A stretch of 64,000 nt of DNA from Marsupella aquatica (taxonomy: Eukaryota > Plantae > Marchantiophyta). Numbering within the stretch: position 1 is the first letter of the stretch; the number at the start of each line of letters is the position of its first letter. The stretch lies in NCBI GenBank assembly GCA_973895155.1, contig OZ316894.1, positions 8,208,234 through 8,272,233 on the forward strand. The letters are read 5' to 3'. Below the pieces are notes generated by a model that did no database searches, was not told where the DNA came from, and saw only the letters and a list, made by a program, of their open reading frames with translations. Made by a program: the position numbers and the translations under genes. Shown piece by piece: positions 24,176 through 37,924 of the stretch.

Positions 24176-27100
24176 ATGGAACAGAGTGACACAGAGATGT
24201 GTGAGTATGAAAGGAAAGCTATGGAACAACGAGCATACGTGAAAGCCAAAATCGCAGAACTGGATCTGGAAAAGGATGTGGCTGAATTGTAAGGGAACGA
24301 TTCTCAACTACACCCCTCCGCTGAGTTTGTGTGACATGAATAGTTCAATGTGGCACTGAAATTGTGACTGTATTCTCATATTGGAATGTCGCAGAGCCAC
24401 AACATTTTCAAAGAAACAAAAGGAGTACGCAAGAAGGGTGACCAGCACTATCTCTGGGCCTGTGCATCGGAGTGACAGGTTGAGCAAGAAGGTCGTACCT
24501 ACAATGGCAGAATGTGGAGATGACATTGATGCTGCACAGGTGGGTGCAGACACTAGACAAGAAGATGCAGATGATGAGTATTTTCCAGAGGAAATGGATG
24601 AGGATGGGGGTTATGAAGATGAATACATTGCAGAGCAGCCCCAAAAGAAACATGTAAGTAGTTTTCCCAACAAGGTTTTGAGTTAAAAACTCTTGTTTAG
24701 AGGTTTCATATGTTCAGTACTACACATATGTACCTTGCTTAGTTCCTGACATTGTAGTTGGTGATGTGATGCAGCGTCCTACCAGTTCTGTTTTGCCTTC
24801 GAAGCCTGTGCATGCACCATACCAGCAGGGGGGGCTGACCTCTGATCAAGGTTGGCGAGGTGGTAGTAGTGGTAGATCCCAGGCTGGTGCCCAATACTAT
24901 GGCAGGGGGCAAGCTCTAGGTTATGCCCGTGGTAGAGGCAGAGCAGGTCCAAACCCACAATCTCGTGGGTATGGACGTCCACCTCAACCATGGGGATGTG
25001 AGTATATATCTATATGCCAGTTCTTTGTGAAGGCATGGCACTCCTGAATTTCAGACTGCATATCAATTTTTGACATTGTTTGGGATGTATTGGATTCAGA
25101 CAACATGAAATTCTGTCCACCTGCCATTGCATGCAGATTCTGCCCAACCTGATTGGGCAAATGCTAGTAATGATCAGTTCCAATGTCCACAAGGACAGAC
25201 ATGGGTTGAACCAGGTTGGGAGGATGGTGGTGGGTCGTGGAATGAACAAGGTTGGGAAGGTGGTGAAGGTAATTGGCAGGGATATCAAAATTCAGTACCT
25301 ACAAACGCTGGAAGAGGAGCAGGTAATGTCTGATCTTGTCAGCAATGGAAGAACTCATTATATGTGGAGTCCATTCACGTGGGGGGGACTCTGCACATGT
25401 ATAATGATAGAAAATGTATGTGTGCAGGTTGGACAATCGAACCATCGACTCAAGTATTCACTAATGCCCCTATGCAGATGCAGCACGGAAGGGGGACAAG
25501 TATGTCGGTGAATGTTCAGTTGTTTTCCTACAGTTTGTACTTAGTTTTCAGTACATATGTTTGCACACACATACCTAGAAAGTGACATCATCCGGCCCCT
25601 GTACTAGGCTGGACAGGTGGTCCAGGGTCGCAACAATTTCAGAGTGCAGTCCCTGCACAGGCATCTACAGGCAGAGCTACAGGTATGTATGTTTGAAGAA
25701 TTTTTCTTGAAGTGAAGCATTGAATGTTGCCGTCATCCATTCTGCTATATGTAGTTCTCAAGCATGAATGGCATTGTATTTTCCCAGGTGGCTTCAGAAC
25801 CCCAGGTAGGGTGAATGAAGGGGTGGCCAATACAACGCCCAGTACTACCGAGAGCAGTGCACGAGGGGAGGTGACAAAGAAAGGGAACGTAAAGTTGAAT
25901 GAGAGACAATGGGTGGATGCTGAGTGTCCTCGCAAGAACCGATGGCATGCTGATTTGAAAGCTGAAGTATTGCGTTGGTTAGATGTGAGTGTTATTAATT
26001 TTAAAAAACAGCATCCAAAAGATTGGAAGACTGTATGTGAAAATGTTGCTGCCAAATGGAATTATGTGGGCAGTGATGATGGCGTGGACATAGGTTGCCT
26101 AGAGAGTACAGCAGGTAAAATTATCAAGCAAGAGAGGTGGAGAATGCATAAGGCTTGGAAGGAAGGTGGGGAGAAGCCAGATATGCCTCCACCAGCCAGT
26201 TGTGATGATAAAGTGTGGGCAAGGTTAGTAGCTTATTTTGTAACAGATGCTTCAAAAAAGAAGAGTTCACAGATGACCGAGGCCAGGTTGAGTGTTCAGA
26301 ACCCTAATCTGACAGGAAGGACCGGCACTGCACCGACAGCTAAACGTTTGGTAAGAATGAATGGCCTAGCTATGTAATTTATGCTACACTATGTACTATT
26401 TTTTAGTGTAAACCCATACATGTAAACTTTGTTTTTTAGTGTACGTTCCCTGAATATTGATCGATAACTTGTGTTTGCCATGCATGTGCAGAAAGCCCAA
26501 TTGGGGCAAAGCCCTTCAAAAGAAGAGTTGAGGGCTGAAATTGTGAACACCCGGGCTCAAGAGGGTGCATCTGAATCCTCCAAGCATGTAAGTTATATGA
26601 GTTCTGATTGGTAATTGAATGACCTGCGTTGAATTTTAGGTGTACACTGTATATAACATTGATTGTGCATATATTGCCCAACATTTCATATGGAGTGATT
26701 GAACCTATACCCCTGTGTCATGTAGGGAGGTGGATCTTCACTTACAGAGATAAGTGGTCGTTTGAAGGCTGTCGAAACATGTCTTCCAGAGATCAATGAA
26801 CGTTTGAATTCATTGACTGACTTGTTCCATGTGAACTTCAAGACATTAATGGAAGCTGTTGTGTCGGTGAGAGATAAAATTGATTCCAATTCTGCAGGAG
26901 TTCCACCATCACCACTTGAGGTGGCAAAGTCAATGCACTCTTCTGGCATGCCAACGACATGTAGGCTTGAAGGTAAGGCCTTTACAACTGTGTGGGATAT
27001 GATTATTAAATGTATAGTTTGAATTGACATTGTTTGTTGAATGTGTTATTTTCAGTAACATATATTGTGGTTGTTGTGTCCATAGAGAATAAGACAGGTG

Positions 27101-27882
27101 CTACAGAGAAGAAGTATGAGAACCTGGCAAATACTCGCTGTAATTTAGAGGCAACAAAGTTGCAGTCTGTACAAGAAACTTGTTTGACAGAGGGCAGTCA
27201 ACCATGTTTGGATGAGGATGACATTGGCAAGGGAGTGGATGATATCAATGTTGGGGCAAATGAGGATATCAGCAAGCATGACAATGATACCATTGAGCCA
27301 GATTCATGCTATGTAGATCTTGACTCCATTGCAGAGATAAATGATTTGCAGAATGTATCATTCTCAATGACAGGTGTGCCTCTTGTTGAGATAAATCCAA
27401 CCAAAGAGTTAGTTGGTATGACACTCCCAGGTGATGAACCTGCTACTGTGACAGTCCTAACAGAGGAACCTACTGAGCCTAGCTTCACTACTGTGAAGAG
27501 AGGAAGCATGCGCACACGAAGCAAGTCTGCTGGTGGGAGCAGAGCCACGTCAAAGGTTTCATACAAACCTCCAAGAACAGTGCTGGCAGAAAGATCTAAG
27601 GTGGAAGTGGGGAAAGCACCTAATGCTGAGGGACGAAGTGGCTTGTTAGCTGTTGATGAGAGTGGAACACGAGTAGTATTTGCCAGAGTGCAGGTTGGTT
27701 CCACAACGTTCCATGGCAAGAGGATTCCCCCAAGTTATTCAGTAGTGTTAGTCACATTACTAGTGAAACCTAAAGCTGTCCTTCCCATTCCAAACACAAA
27801 TGATGATCCTCCTCAAAAGACACTTGGAGATGCTGCAGGTTCTTTGGTATTATGGCCAAGCAAGTTCATAGAGGATCCATAA
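24176..27882 (+). CDS. CACTA ORF2 / TnpA-like multi-exon gene
   Basis: Multiple GT-AG exons; Transposase_24-like segment (VWARLVAYF...KKSSQMTEAR...LTGRTG) and C-terminal Tnp1/En/Spm-type domain (FHGKRIPPSYSVV...LPIP...TLGDAAGSLVLWP); exon boundaries approximate. Confidence 0.7.
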
Positions 27883-29279
27883 CAATGTCATGCCATTATT
27901 TGTTTGTAGTGTGAGTCATGTTATGTAGATTTTAGATGTCAAGAAGCAGTACAAGAATCATGTCCTCTTGGAGATTCATAGTATCATGCATGTGCTTTTA
28001 GTTATCTCATCCTACAGTCATCAATTATGAGTTCCTGTTTTGTCTAAATTACATTGATCACATTGTAAACTATTCCATTGGAATTCAAATGATCTTCATT
28101 TTTTAGCAAGATTGTGATTGTGTTTAATTCTTATGAATGTTTTATGTAGGATCTGCTTATATGATGCTTTGTTTCATGTGGATGTCATTCATGCTATGTT
28201 CATTTCTTGTATTCAATGTGTTATATTTCTAAAGTTAGAACATCAAGTTTCTATGTATTGTAATGTCGAGTGCTCTCTCTCCTTATGAACTGTCCCTCTG
28301 TGTTCATTAGTCATGGTTATAACTTGCATGTGAACCTTATTAGTTATAAACATGAGTATATAGAGTCCCAAATGGTTCTGTTGTGTGACGCGGGCCAGGG
28401 TCTCCATTGGTCTCTCCTGTGACACTAAATAGTCACACGCTAGTCGTTGTTGAATGCGGGTAAGTCATGTATGTGACTTACGATGTGACTCGCTGAAGTC
28501 TATATTGCAGTCACGTCGAAACAAGGCTAGACTCCACAATAAAGTCACAGATCAGTCACAAATGGGTATCAAGCAAGTTGCAAAGCCCAGTATCAATAGT
28601 GACTTCCATTTTTTGGTCTCAACTTTTGCAACTCCAAGGGTCACAGCGTGGGTCAAGTCACGTTGAGTCACAATGAAGTCACATGAGCCAAAATGAGTCA
28701 TATATTGCGGTCTCAGTTCACCTCGGATTCTTCTAGTGTGATCCCCAACATTTGGTCATAAACAATGGGTCACATTTGGGGAAAGGGTATATTAATTATA
28801 TTTGGCGCAAATTAATGTACACCATGAGATTAAATAACTTAAACCATGGCACAATTGAGTTCTTTAGGTATAGAACTAAATTGTAATGTCCTTATGCTAC
28901 TTATCATCAAATCCTTTTGACTTACTTACCACAGTCACATGAATGACTCTCCAATGAGTCAGGAGTAACATATCTTTTCATTACCTGAAAAACTCTTAGT
29001 TAACCGTGAACATAGTGGTTCAATGGGCAAAGGCAAGGGAGGGCCAAGAGGGGGTACCTCACTACATACAATAGTGTCATGTGCCAAAGAAAGCAAAAAA
29101 TAAATAGAGTTAGAGTGAAAAGACGCAAACATGACGTTTTTACTTGAAAAGTAGAAAAATGTGATTTTATAAAAGAATGAACAGTAAGCAGATAAGAGGG
29201 CAATGACTAAACTATTTTTTAAGTTGAAAAGGAGGAAAGAATCTTTAAAAAGTGATAGTAAATAAATATACACACTTTT

Positions 29280-30090
29280 TATATACAAAGGGACCAAACA
29301 GAGTACAAATGAACAAACAAAAGAGGACCCAAGTGGACAAAACCAATCGAAAAAGAAGTGAGCAAAAGGGAACCACTAAACACCAAGAAAGAGGAACTAA
29401 AAGTAAGAAATGAACAATAGGGAACCCCTAAAAACCAAGAAAGAGAGAGAGACTAAAACTAACCCAAGCGAACCGAGGTCCTCATCATTCCTACCGATTG
29501 TGGCAAAAAGCTAATGGTCCACATCAAGAGTCAAAACTAGATCGGCAAGTGGGATTGGAACATCCTCAAGGGGAGCTAGCCGCTGCGGAGGCACACTAGC
29601 ACCCACTGTAAGAGATCGACGATAGATGGCCCGAGCTTGAGCACGCTGTAAGGTGACTGAAATGCGTTGGCGAAAGTGCGTGGTCAAAATAGAAAGCGGG
29701 GGTCCGGTGGGACCCATTCGGCCATGAACATCCCGGGCAGCTTGCCGAAGAAGCCCATCAAACTGAGGATGAAGACGCCCAAATAGCTCCACAGCAAGGG
29801 GGAGGAAGCTGTCGGATGAAGCTCGTGCAGCATATTTGGCCTCCTTCGTTGTTGCCGCACGTGACGCTGCTGCCCCTGCCGTAGTTGCCGCTGTCCCAAT
29901 GATGTCTTGGCGCAATGGGTTTGCCACCACAACATCTGCCAAAGTACGTTGACCCTCACGGACCATGGTAAGATCCACCCGTAACCGCTGTGATGGAGGA
30001 CCAGGTAACTCGAGTACCACCTCCCACCGCACGCATACCAAAGAGCTAGAGAGAACCTGAGCAGTCGCGTCTCGCACAGCGTCGTGAACA
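29280..30090 (-). mobile_element. 5'-truncated non-LTR retrotransposon remnant (restriction-like endonuclease C-terminus, CRE/NeSL/R2-type) with 3' UTR
   Basis: HDAVRD...RVDL...LADVVVANP...KEAKY...FLPLAVELFG...RQRISVTLQRAQA in ORF 29511-30137; GC-rich coding part ends abruptly at ~30090; left boundary approximate. Confidence 0.7.
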
Positions 30091-31458
30091 ATAAAGGAAT
30101 AAGTGATAGTAAAGGAATGAAAGCGCAATGACTGCATTACATGACAAAAGAGAAAAGAATAATAAAAGAACTTAGTTAAATTCTTGACTTAGCACATATG
30201 ATAAAAGAGAAGACTCCGACACTGTCTCCCTCCTAGAACAAGTAAAAACAAATATTGTGTTTGCTGCATGCAGACAAACATACCCTATCTGAATCAAGAA
30301 AGAATAAAGATTATGTTTCATTTGCAAAGAGGTATGCTATCAAAATTTAGTATTCAATTTAAATACAATTGACTCCAAAGTACAAGAAGTATTAGGGGTG
30401 CAGAGTCGGGCTGGCAGTCGGGTGGAGACTAATACCTTCCAAACTTGGGCCTTTCCAGGTTTTGGTGATTGCTAACCCACAAGACATAAATAAAACCCTC
30501 ATAGAAACTGTCACAACAAGGTCACTTCTCAGGTCGCTTACGGAATGATGGGAATACATAACGCAGACTCTCAAGAGTTTGGCAATTGTTTCTGCTTGCC
30601 ATAGAGTTGTTTAGTTCGAGGATACTTCTTTCATTTCATAAAACTTAACCCAACTCAGATTGTTCATTGAGCTAACTTTGGGGAATGAGTATATAACTTG
30701 CCCACTTGAAGGGTGTTTTTAATCCCATTCCGACTAATTTTTATAATTAAATTACAACAAACCAACCTCCAAATTTATACAAGTTTGGGTTTATAAGTCA
30801 GAAAGATATTTCCAAAGTGGTGGCATATTAATCAGACTGAAGGGGTCTTATAATGTATGTGCCATGCGTCATTGTATAAGTGGTCCATGTGGCAAGGTCT
30901 CTTTGCAATATGTGGCAAATCCTTATATTTCCATTTTAATGGGTGCGCCTATCCTAAGGTAAAAGCAGGGGTAAAAGGGTTTTGGGGGTTTAGTGAGGGG
31001 GTAAGTTTGGGAAAGGCTTTGGTATGACAGATTCAGAGTTTTGTGGGGAGTGCACAGATCAAAGTCTTGAAAGGTCCAGATCTTTTGTCTTAGAGCCTAT
31101 ACCAGTTTTGGGGACCAGTTTGGCCAAACTGGTCATTCAAACATAATTATATAAATTGTATGTGTGACTGTATGCATCCTTTTGTTTGGAATACTTGTGT
31201 ATCTGGTATGCTAGCCCTATGTTGGGTTTTCCTAATTATAATTCCTGAATGGGTTTTCAAATATAGATTTCACCAGTTTTATAAGGCACCTAAGGGTGTA
31301 AAACGTTATCAGAAATTAATTTTTTACATATAACAACGATATACTTAATATACATAGAGTGAGGGCCCGGGCACAGGTCCCCCACCCCTAGACTGCCCCT
31401 AATCCCCATGACTAATCATTTACTTTAGGCAATCATTTCAATTTTTATTATGTGTGAC

Positions 31459-31483
31459 TTTAGGGTTTAGGGTTTAGGGTTTA
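31459..31483 (+). repeat. Interstitial plant telomeric repeat (TTTAGGG)3.5
   Basis: tttagggtttagggtttagggttta; further degenerate copies at ~32712, 33671, 34920-34952 and 35305-35330. Confidence 0.85.
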
Positions 31484-32523
31484 CATGATCAAATTGCATA
31501 ATGATTTGTGGACAAATAGAAAAATGACACTCCCCTTCTTTGACTATGACCCTTGGTTTCTTAAAAATAATATCAAGATTTTGGAAATTATATAATTTTG
31601 AGCAAAAGAAGAGGCCCTCTTGAAGGATATTTCTTGTCTCCCAATAGCTTTTGGTCACACAAAGATTCATTGAGCTAACTATCCCTAAGGAGATATTTAT
31701 AACCTCATGGATGTGCTTCCTACCAAAATACCCTTATTTTCACAACTACCCAGGGTTTTCCTCAAACTTTTCAAGTGTTAATCTATTATTGAGAACGTAC
31801 AATGCATTTGAGCTCCGTCCTGGTAATGCTCCTGGAGACCCTGAGCACTATGATTTCATCTCACAATGCCAAATTCAAACACAACAACAATTTGCAAACA
31901 CAACACCACATACTTACAAAAAGCCAAAACAGAGAGTCAAAACCTATATAGTAGAGTAACAAAGTAAAGACTTAATCACTATGTGGAACTTGTGGGGAAA
32001 CTTGGAGATAATAGTTATGTCTCTACCTAACAGATTGATCGCCCAGTGAGATCTTTTCATGTTGGTCCAGGAGTCTAATTCTGGATTTTGAAGTGTTGTG
32101 GTTAGAAATTTGTTCTCTAAGCCGTAGTATGCTTGTCACATTATAAGAAAGCTAGGTTCTTTTTAAGGTTTATCAAAATGCAGTAGTTCATCTGACAACT
32201 TAATGTATCTTGGTTCTGTAGGGGTGGTAGATGGTTCCTATGCGATGGTCTTCAAACGTATTGTTTATGGTCAGCTGAAGAACCAAGGTATAACCATTTG
32301 ATTCAACACAACTTGGAGTTCTCAATTTCTAGTACAGATTAACTAGACATATCAGGATTCAACCCCGGATTCAACTAAGTATCTTCAGTTGTGATTATTC
32401 TACTAGGGAGTTTGAGGTAAGGATCTCAATGGCTGGAAAGTTTCCCATCCTAACTTGCTCTGGGACTTGCTCTTGTACTCCATTTTTTTGCCGTTAGGCA
32501 TGGCATTGCTCTTACATAATTAT

Positions 32524-32711
32524 CCTTTTGATGGCTTTGATTAAAGCTGCTATTGCATACCCTTTTGACTGTGTTGCTTAAACCTGCTTCGCCAAAAGCT
32601 GCTGTTGCATAATTACCATTTTTATACAGTACTTGTTTTGAAAAAGACTTCAATTGTTTTCTACCAGCTTCACGATATGCAACAGCAGCTTTAATCAAAG
32701 CCATCAAAAGG
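32524..32711. repeat. 188-bp foldback / MITE-like element with 36-bp inverted arms
   Basis: ccttttgatggctttgattaaagctgctattgcata (32524-32559) versus its reverse complement at 32676-32711, 1 mismatch; partial third copy at ~32595. Confidence 0.8.
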
Positions 32712-34930
32712 GTTTAGGGTGTAGACTAGTGCTATCTCCTTGCTTTCCACATTCACAAATTATTAGAGTATCTACTTACAATAATGGACACTTACAATAA
32801 TGGACCCTTAATCTACTTTTACATGGTCCCCCAGGTCCATGAACACACCCTAATTTATTTTTACATCAAACTGCCAAAAGCAGAAGGCGCCCAACTGGGA
32901 GACACGATCCCACAGGCCAAAAACCCAATCAAGGGAGAACACAAAAAAGGCCAAAACATTTATCAGTTTAGGGTTAACACCAGGCAGGGTTTCCCGCACA
33001 AGAGGAGACACAAAAACCAAATTCTACCTATCCGCATACTGAAGAGCCTGGTCAAGCTCACGAGTAAACTGCATACTAGGAGGAAAGGGAATCCGACTAG
33101 TTGCTCGAAACCCACCTGCATCTCCCCTACAAAGATGGTTAGAACTCAATAAGAAGAACCCACTAACTTAAAGTATGGTTGGTTTATAGTGCCCCTAGCT
33201 AACTATACCATTTTTCAATAATTAGTACATGGTTGAATCTCAACAAAAGCTTGAGCAACCCCAATTTGCACCTTAAAAACTCTCAACCCAAACGGGCTTT
33301 TGACCCACAACAAATAATGGCCAAAAACTCTCTTAATGCGCCTTTGAATACTAATGTACCCAAGTAGAACCAAATAAACATAGTGAAAACTCAAAAAGAA
33401 TAACTAAGAAATTTAAAGTATGGTTGGTTTAAAGTTCCTCCTTCTTATTTGGCACGTTAAATTTGAATTCTCTTTGACCCTGAGTTCTCGGGACAAACTA
33501 TAAATTGTAGTAGTTTCACAAAAAACACACATAGTTGTATTTGTTTAGGTTTGGGTCTGGCATAACCATTGGCCCGGAACTTTGAAATGGACATGCCCCA
33601 AGGGCCCACACATGGGCCCACAATGAGGTTTGACTAAGGCTAACCCCAGGTTAAGGTTTGAATCAGGGGCTTTAGGGTTTAGACTAGTGCTATCTCTTTG
33701 CTTAGTTCCCACAGTCACTCACAAATTATCTACTTACAATAATGGACACTTACAATGCAATAACGGACACTTACAATAATGCCTGGACCCTTAATCTACT
33801 TTTACATTCTCCCCCAGGTCTATGAAAACAAAGGGTTCGCCAAGTAGAAAAGAGACCATCAATGAAATGATCAAGACAAGACTTGAACAGTGTCATTTGC
33901 AAGTTCCTAGCTTCATCCAAAATATTAATCATGTATTATCCATCTGGGAATAGTTTGATACAACATTTTGATCAATAATGGACTGTCTTGGACCTTAATC
34001 CGGACCTTAATCTTTTACATTTTGTCACCAATAATTTTTGCTTCTTTCAACAGTTGAAAATGTGCAAGGTTGAAATACTTTGGATATCAACATATGCTAA
34101 TAGCACTAACTCTTTATATCAAACTGCCAAAAGCAGAAGGCGCCCAACTGGGAGACAAGATTCCACAGGCCAAAAACCCAATCAAGGGAGAACACAAAAA
34201 AGGCCAAAACATTTATCAGTTTAGGGTTAACAGCAGGCAGGGTTTCCCGCATAAGAGGACACACAAAAACCAAACCCTACCTATCAACATACTGAAGAGC
34301 CTGGTCAAGCTCAGTCGTAAACTGCATAGGAGGGTTAAGCAAAGGAATCCGACTAGGTGCCCGAAACCCACCTGCCTCTCTCTTACAAAGAATGGTTAAA
34401 ACACAATAAGAAGAACCCACTAACTTAAAGTATGGTTGGTTTATAGTGAGCCTCCTAGCTAACTATACCATTTTTCAATAATTAGTACATGGTTGAATCT
34501 CAACAAAAGCTTGAGCAACCCCAATTTGCAACATAAAAACTCTCAACCCAAACGGGCTTTTGACCCACAGCAAATAATGGCCAAAACTCTCTTAATGCGC
34601 CTTTGAATACTAATGTACCCGAGTAGAACTAAATAAACATAGTGAAAACTCAAAAAGAATAACTAAGAAATTTAAAGTATGGTTGGTTTAAAGTTCCTCA
34701 TTCTTATTTGGTACGTTAAATTTGAATTCTCTTTGGCCCTGAGTTCCCGAGACAAATTATAAATTGTAATAGTTTCACAACAAACACAAATGGACCTTGT
34801 ATTTGTTTAGGTTTGGATCTGGCACAACCATTGGCCCGGAATTTTGAAATGGACATGTCACAAGAGACCACATGGGCGCCCACAATGAGGTTTGACTACT
34901 TGGTTAAGGGTTCAGGGGCTTTAGGGTTTA
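32712..34930. repeat. Tandem duplication of a ~0.96 kb unit (second copy has a ~0.28 kb insertion), junctions in TTTAGGG-like sequence
   Basis: Both units start tttagggt(g/t)tagactagtgctatctc (32713, 33671), share atcaaactgccaaaagcagaaggcgcccaactgggagac onward, and end aggggctttagggttta; the near-identical ORFs 32784-33152 and 34070-34399 reflect the duplication. Confidence 0.9.
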
Positions 34931-35179
34931 GCTAGGGTTTAGTTAGGGTTTAGGCTGAAACCCTTAAAAACCCTAAACCCTGAACCCTGAACATGAAAGC
35001 CTAGAACCCTAAACATTACTTAGGTTAACTCTATTTAACCTTAAGCCTAAACATCGATAACAGTCCTTAATCCTAAGATGCTCGGCGGGTTGACTATCAA
35101 AAATCTTAGGGAACCACGTGCGATCCAAAACATGTATTTTTCATAGAAATTAGCTAAGATGACTTTGGGTTAATTGTAC

Positions 35180-35680
35180 AAATAAATAATGGTTGCACAA
35201 GACTGAGAGAGGCCCTTGTAGTAAGTTAAATTAATAATGGTTGCACAAGGATTAAGAGATCAAGGGTTACCCTAGGGGTTAAACACATAATATATATAAT
35301 CAGATTTAGGGTTTAGGGGTTTAAGGTTTAGATATAATAAGATTAAGGGGCGGTTACCCGAGTAGGTTTAATAATTCATATGTGTTGTGAAATCTTAGGC
35401 GAGTATTACCCTTAGTTATAGGCTATTAAATAATGGTAGTAAAAAGAACAAATCAGGTTACCTTAGTAATTTAAATAAATTATGGTAGTAAAAAGATTGA
35501 ATGAGGTACCTTAGTAGGTTAAAAAATGATGGTAGTAAAAATATTAAATGAGGTTAAATAAATTATGGTAGTACAAATGGTAAATTTAATCGTAAAGGAA
35601 GTAAGTTACCTTAGTAGTAAATGTATAATGGGTGCAAATTAAAAGATTAGGTGAGGATCCCCCTAGCAAGTTAAAAATTT
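35180..35680. repeat. Degenerate ~47-bp AT-rich tandem repeats, possibly subterminal repeats of the family-A transposon
   Basis: Recurring ggttaccttagta..ttaaa(t)aaat.atggtagtaaaaa, 5 or more copies. Confidence 0.6.
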
Positions 35681-35996
35681 GTTTCAATTTACAAGCATAT
35701 AATTGAAAATTTTATTAATTTTACGGCCAAGGCCTTGTAAACTTTTCTCTGCTCGAAGGGTACCTCCGGGCATTTACAAGACAAGATATGATCAGTTTGC
35801 ATCAGATCGATTGGGCATGAGAATCAGTTACCGAAGGCCAAGGCAATCATAACCAGGTAAAAATTCAAAATTCAAAATTCCCCCCAAAAGTTTCATTTTG
35901 AAATGCGAACTTCCAGAATCCTCTTGTGGAGTCAAAAACGTTAAGTCTGTTTTGATCGTCTATGGAGTTCATTTACTAGGAAAGGGTTTTGATTCA

Positions 35997-36068
35997 GGAG
36001 AGCTACGAGGAGAGCGCTTCAAGCTGCGAGGAGAGCGCTTCAAGCTGCGAGGAGAGTGCTTCAAGTGC
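35997..36068 (+). repeat. 21-bp tandem repeat x3 in the putative 5' UTR of transposase A
   Basis: gaggagagcgcttcaagctgc repeated. Confidence 0.8.
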
Positions 36069-37924
36069 TGGGAGGGGATACCTCAAGAGGAGAGCTGGGA
36101 GGAGTTCTTAGAGTACAGATTGTTCAAGGAGATAGAGATTAACACGGGGATTAACATTGAAGAGTGATCGAGGAGATTAGACAGTCAGCCTTCATCAAAG
36201 AGTCATAGTGTGCGACTATAGAGGAACTGGCAAGAGACTGCACGAGTTATTTGTTGATGAAGATTGAGTGAACTGTCTAGAGTGGCAGAGAAGATATACA
36301 AGCTGTATGTGTCTTGAAACTATAAGTAACCATCCATTCGAGTTCTTCCTTTTTGCATTAGTTCTTCTTCAATCTTAGAATGAGAGATTGAATTGATGAA
36401 TTAGATTGTGATGTGTGAACTCAATTCACTTCATAATATATATGAATCTTGAACTCAAGAATCATTCCCTAACTCGAACTTAAGTGAGAATTTAATCATT
36501 AAGATTGTAGATTGTATTTGTAACTGAGTAATATATCCGATTCATTCTAATGTTTGATGAGGTTAATCTTTTGTTAACCTGTTCAACTTCAATCATAATC
36601 TACCTGAGTGTAGATTTTCACAAACTAACTAGCGTGACGGTTACTTGACATACATAATTTAAAATTGAACGCATATAAGCAAACAAAGATACTTGAATGA
36701 AAGTAACATATATGTATGTGCTTTCTCCTAGATTTAACACCAAATAACTTGTGGGAGAATGTTATTATGATAAGTATTTGTGGTTGGTACATGAGCCCTA
36801 CCTTTGTCATGTTGTGGTTTTCTTAAACAAATGACTTCTGAGGTGACTAGGAAACCTCTAATACTTCAAGTAGATGATCAAAATTTTAAAAAGTGACCAT
36901 GAACCATGGTTCGTGTGCCTAGTAAGAGGCTTATCTGATGGCATTAATTATCTAATACTCGGAGTGAACCAACTCTACACCTACATGTAAAAAGTGACTT
37001 CGAACCATGGTTCAAACCATATCAAACTAACTCAACTTGTAGATGGGAAAATGAAAGGTGAGTGCAAATCATGGTACGTAGCCCTTGAATTAATGAGCCT
37101 TATTTAACAGCATCATCTAAAACTAGGAGTAAATTACCAAACTGACTAGTATACTCCTAGCTAGAAAAATAAAAATGTGACTATGACCAAAGGCCACAAA
37201 CCATGGTTCATAGTCACATGATCTATATGATACATGAACCTCAGTCTCCTGCTTTGCTTAAGTATGATTATAACTCTCTTTAATATTGTTTACATTCTGG
37301 TCAAGAGAAACTCATACATAAGTCCAATAGAATACATTTGATAAAGACTTTCTTATGAATTCTAAACTGATGGAATTATTACACATCAAACAATTATAAT
37401 GCAAGATGACTTTCTCTTGTAATACTGATTTGCTTTTGTTTTAACATGTATCATTCATGGTGAATTTAAACCTAGCCTGAACACTGTTTCTTGATGACAA
37501 TACTATAAAAACACCCCATAAGAAACACTTCATATCTATAATATGATAAAAGATAGTCATGGTAATTATACGCCTTAGTACTTTTTTTATATTCTCATTA
37601 ATGGAGCGAACCATGGTTTGCAGTTGCCATCTTGTGGTAAGACATCATTTAAGTATGTAGTAGTTTAGGGTTTTGGGTCAAATGTACACAATGCTTCTTG
37701 AACTCAATGGTAAGTAACAACCTGCCAACTTAGTTGTGAGGGCTACTCATCTCAGACAATTACACGAGAGTTCAAGGCTATTGAGAAACAAGGGAAACAA
37801 AGTAGATCTGGAAAACTAAGACAAAAAGTATACGGTCCCTTGGGTATATTCAGAGAAAAAAACAACAACTATATCTTAGGAACAGAGGTTAACTTTGATT
37901 TGGATTGAATGTGCAGATAAAATA

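Larger units (their letters stand above)
11471..28738 (+). mobile_element. CACTA (En/Spm) DNA transposon, full length, with cargo genes
   Basis: TIRs CACTAGAAGAAACCG (11471) and CGGATTCTTCTAGTG (ends 28738), 14/15 identical. 3-bp TSD TGA at 11468-70 and 28739-41. GTCAC/GTGAC-rich subterminal repeats at both ends. TnpD and TnpA-like genes inside. Confidence 0.95.

Noticed and set aside
32784-34399. Paired ORFs 32784-33152 and 34070-34399 as a gene family
   Set aside because: Explained by the tandem duplication; starts and ends differ and no domain is recognisable.
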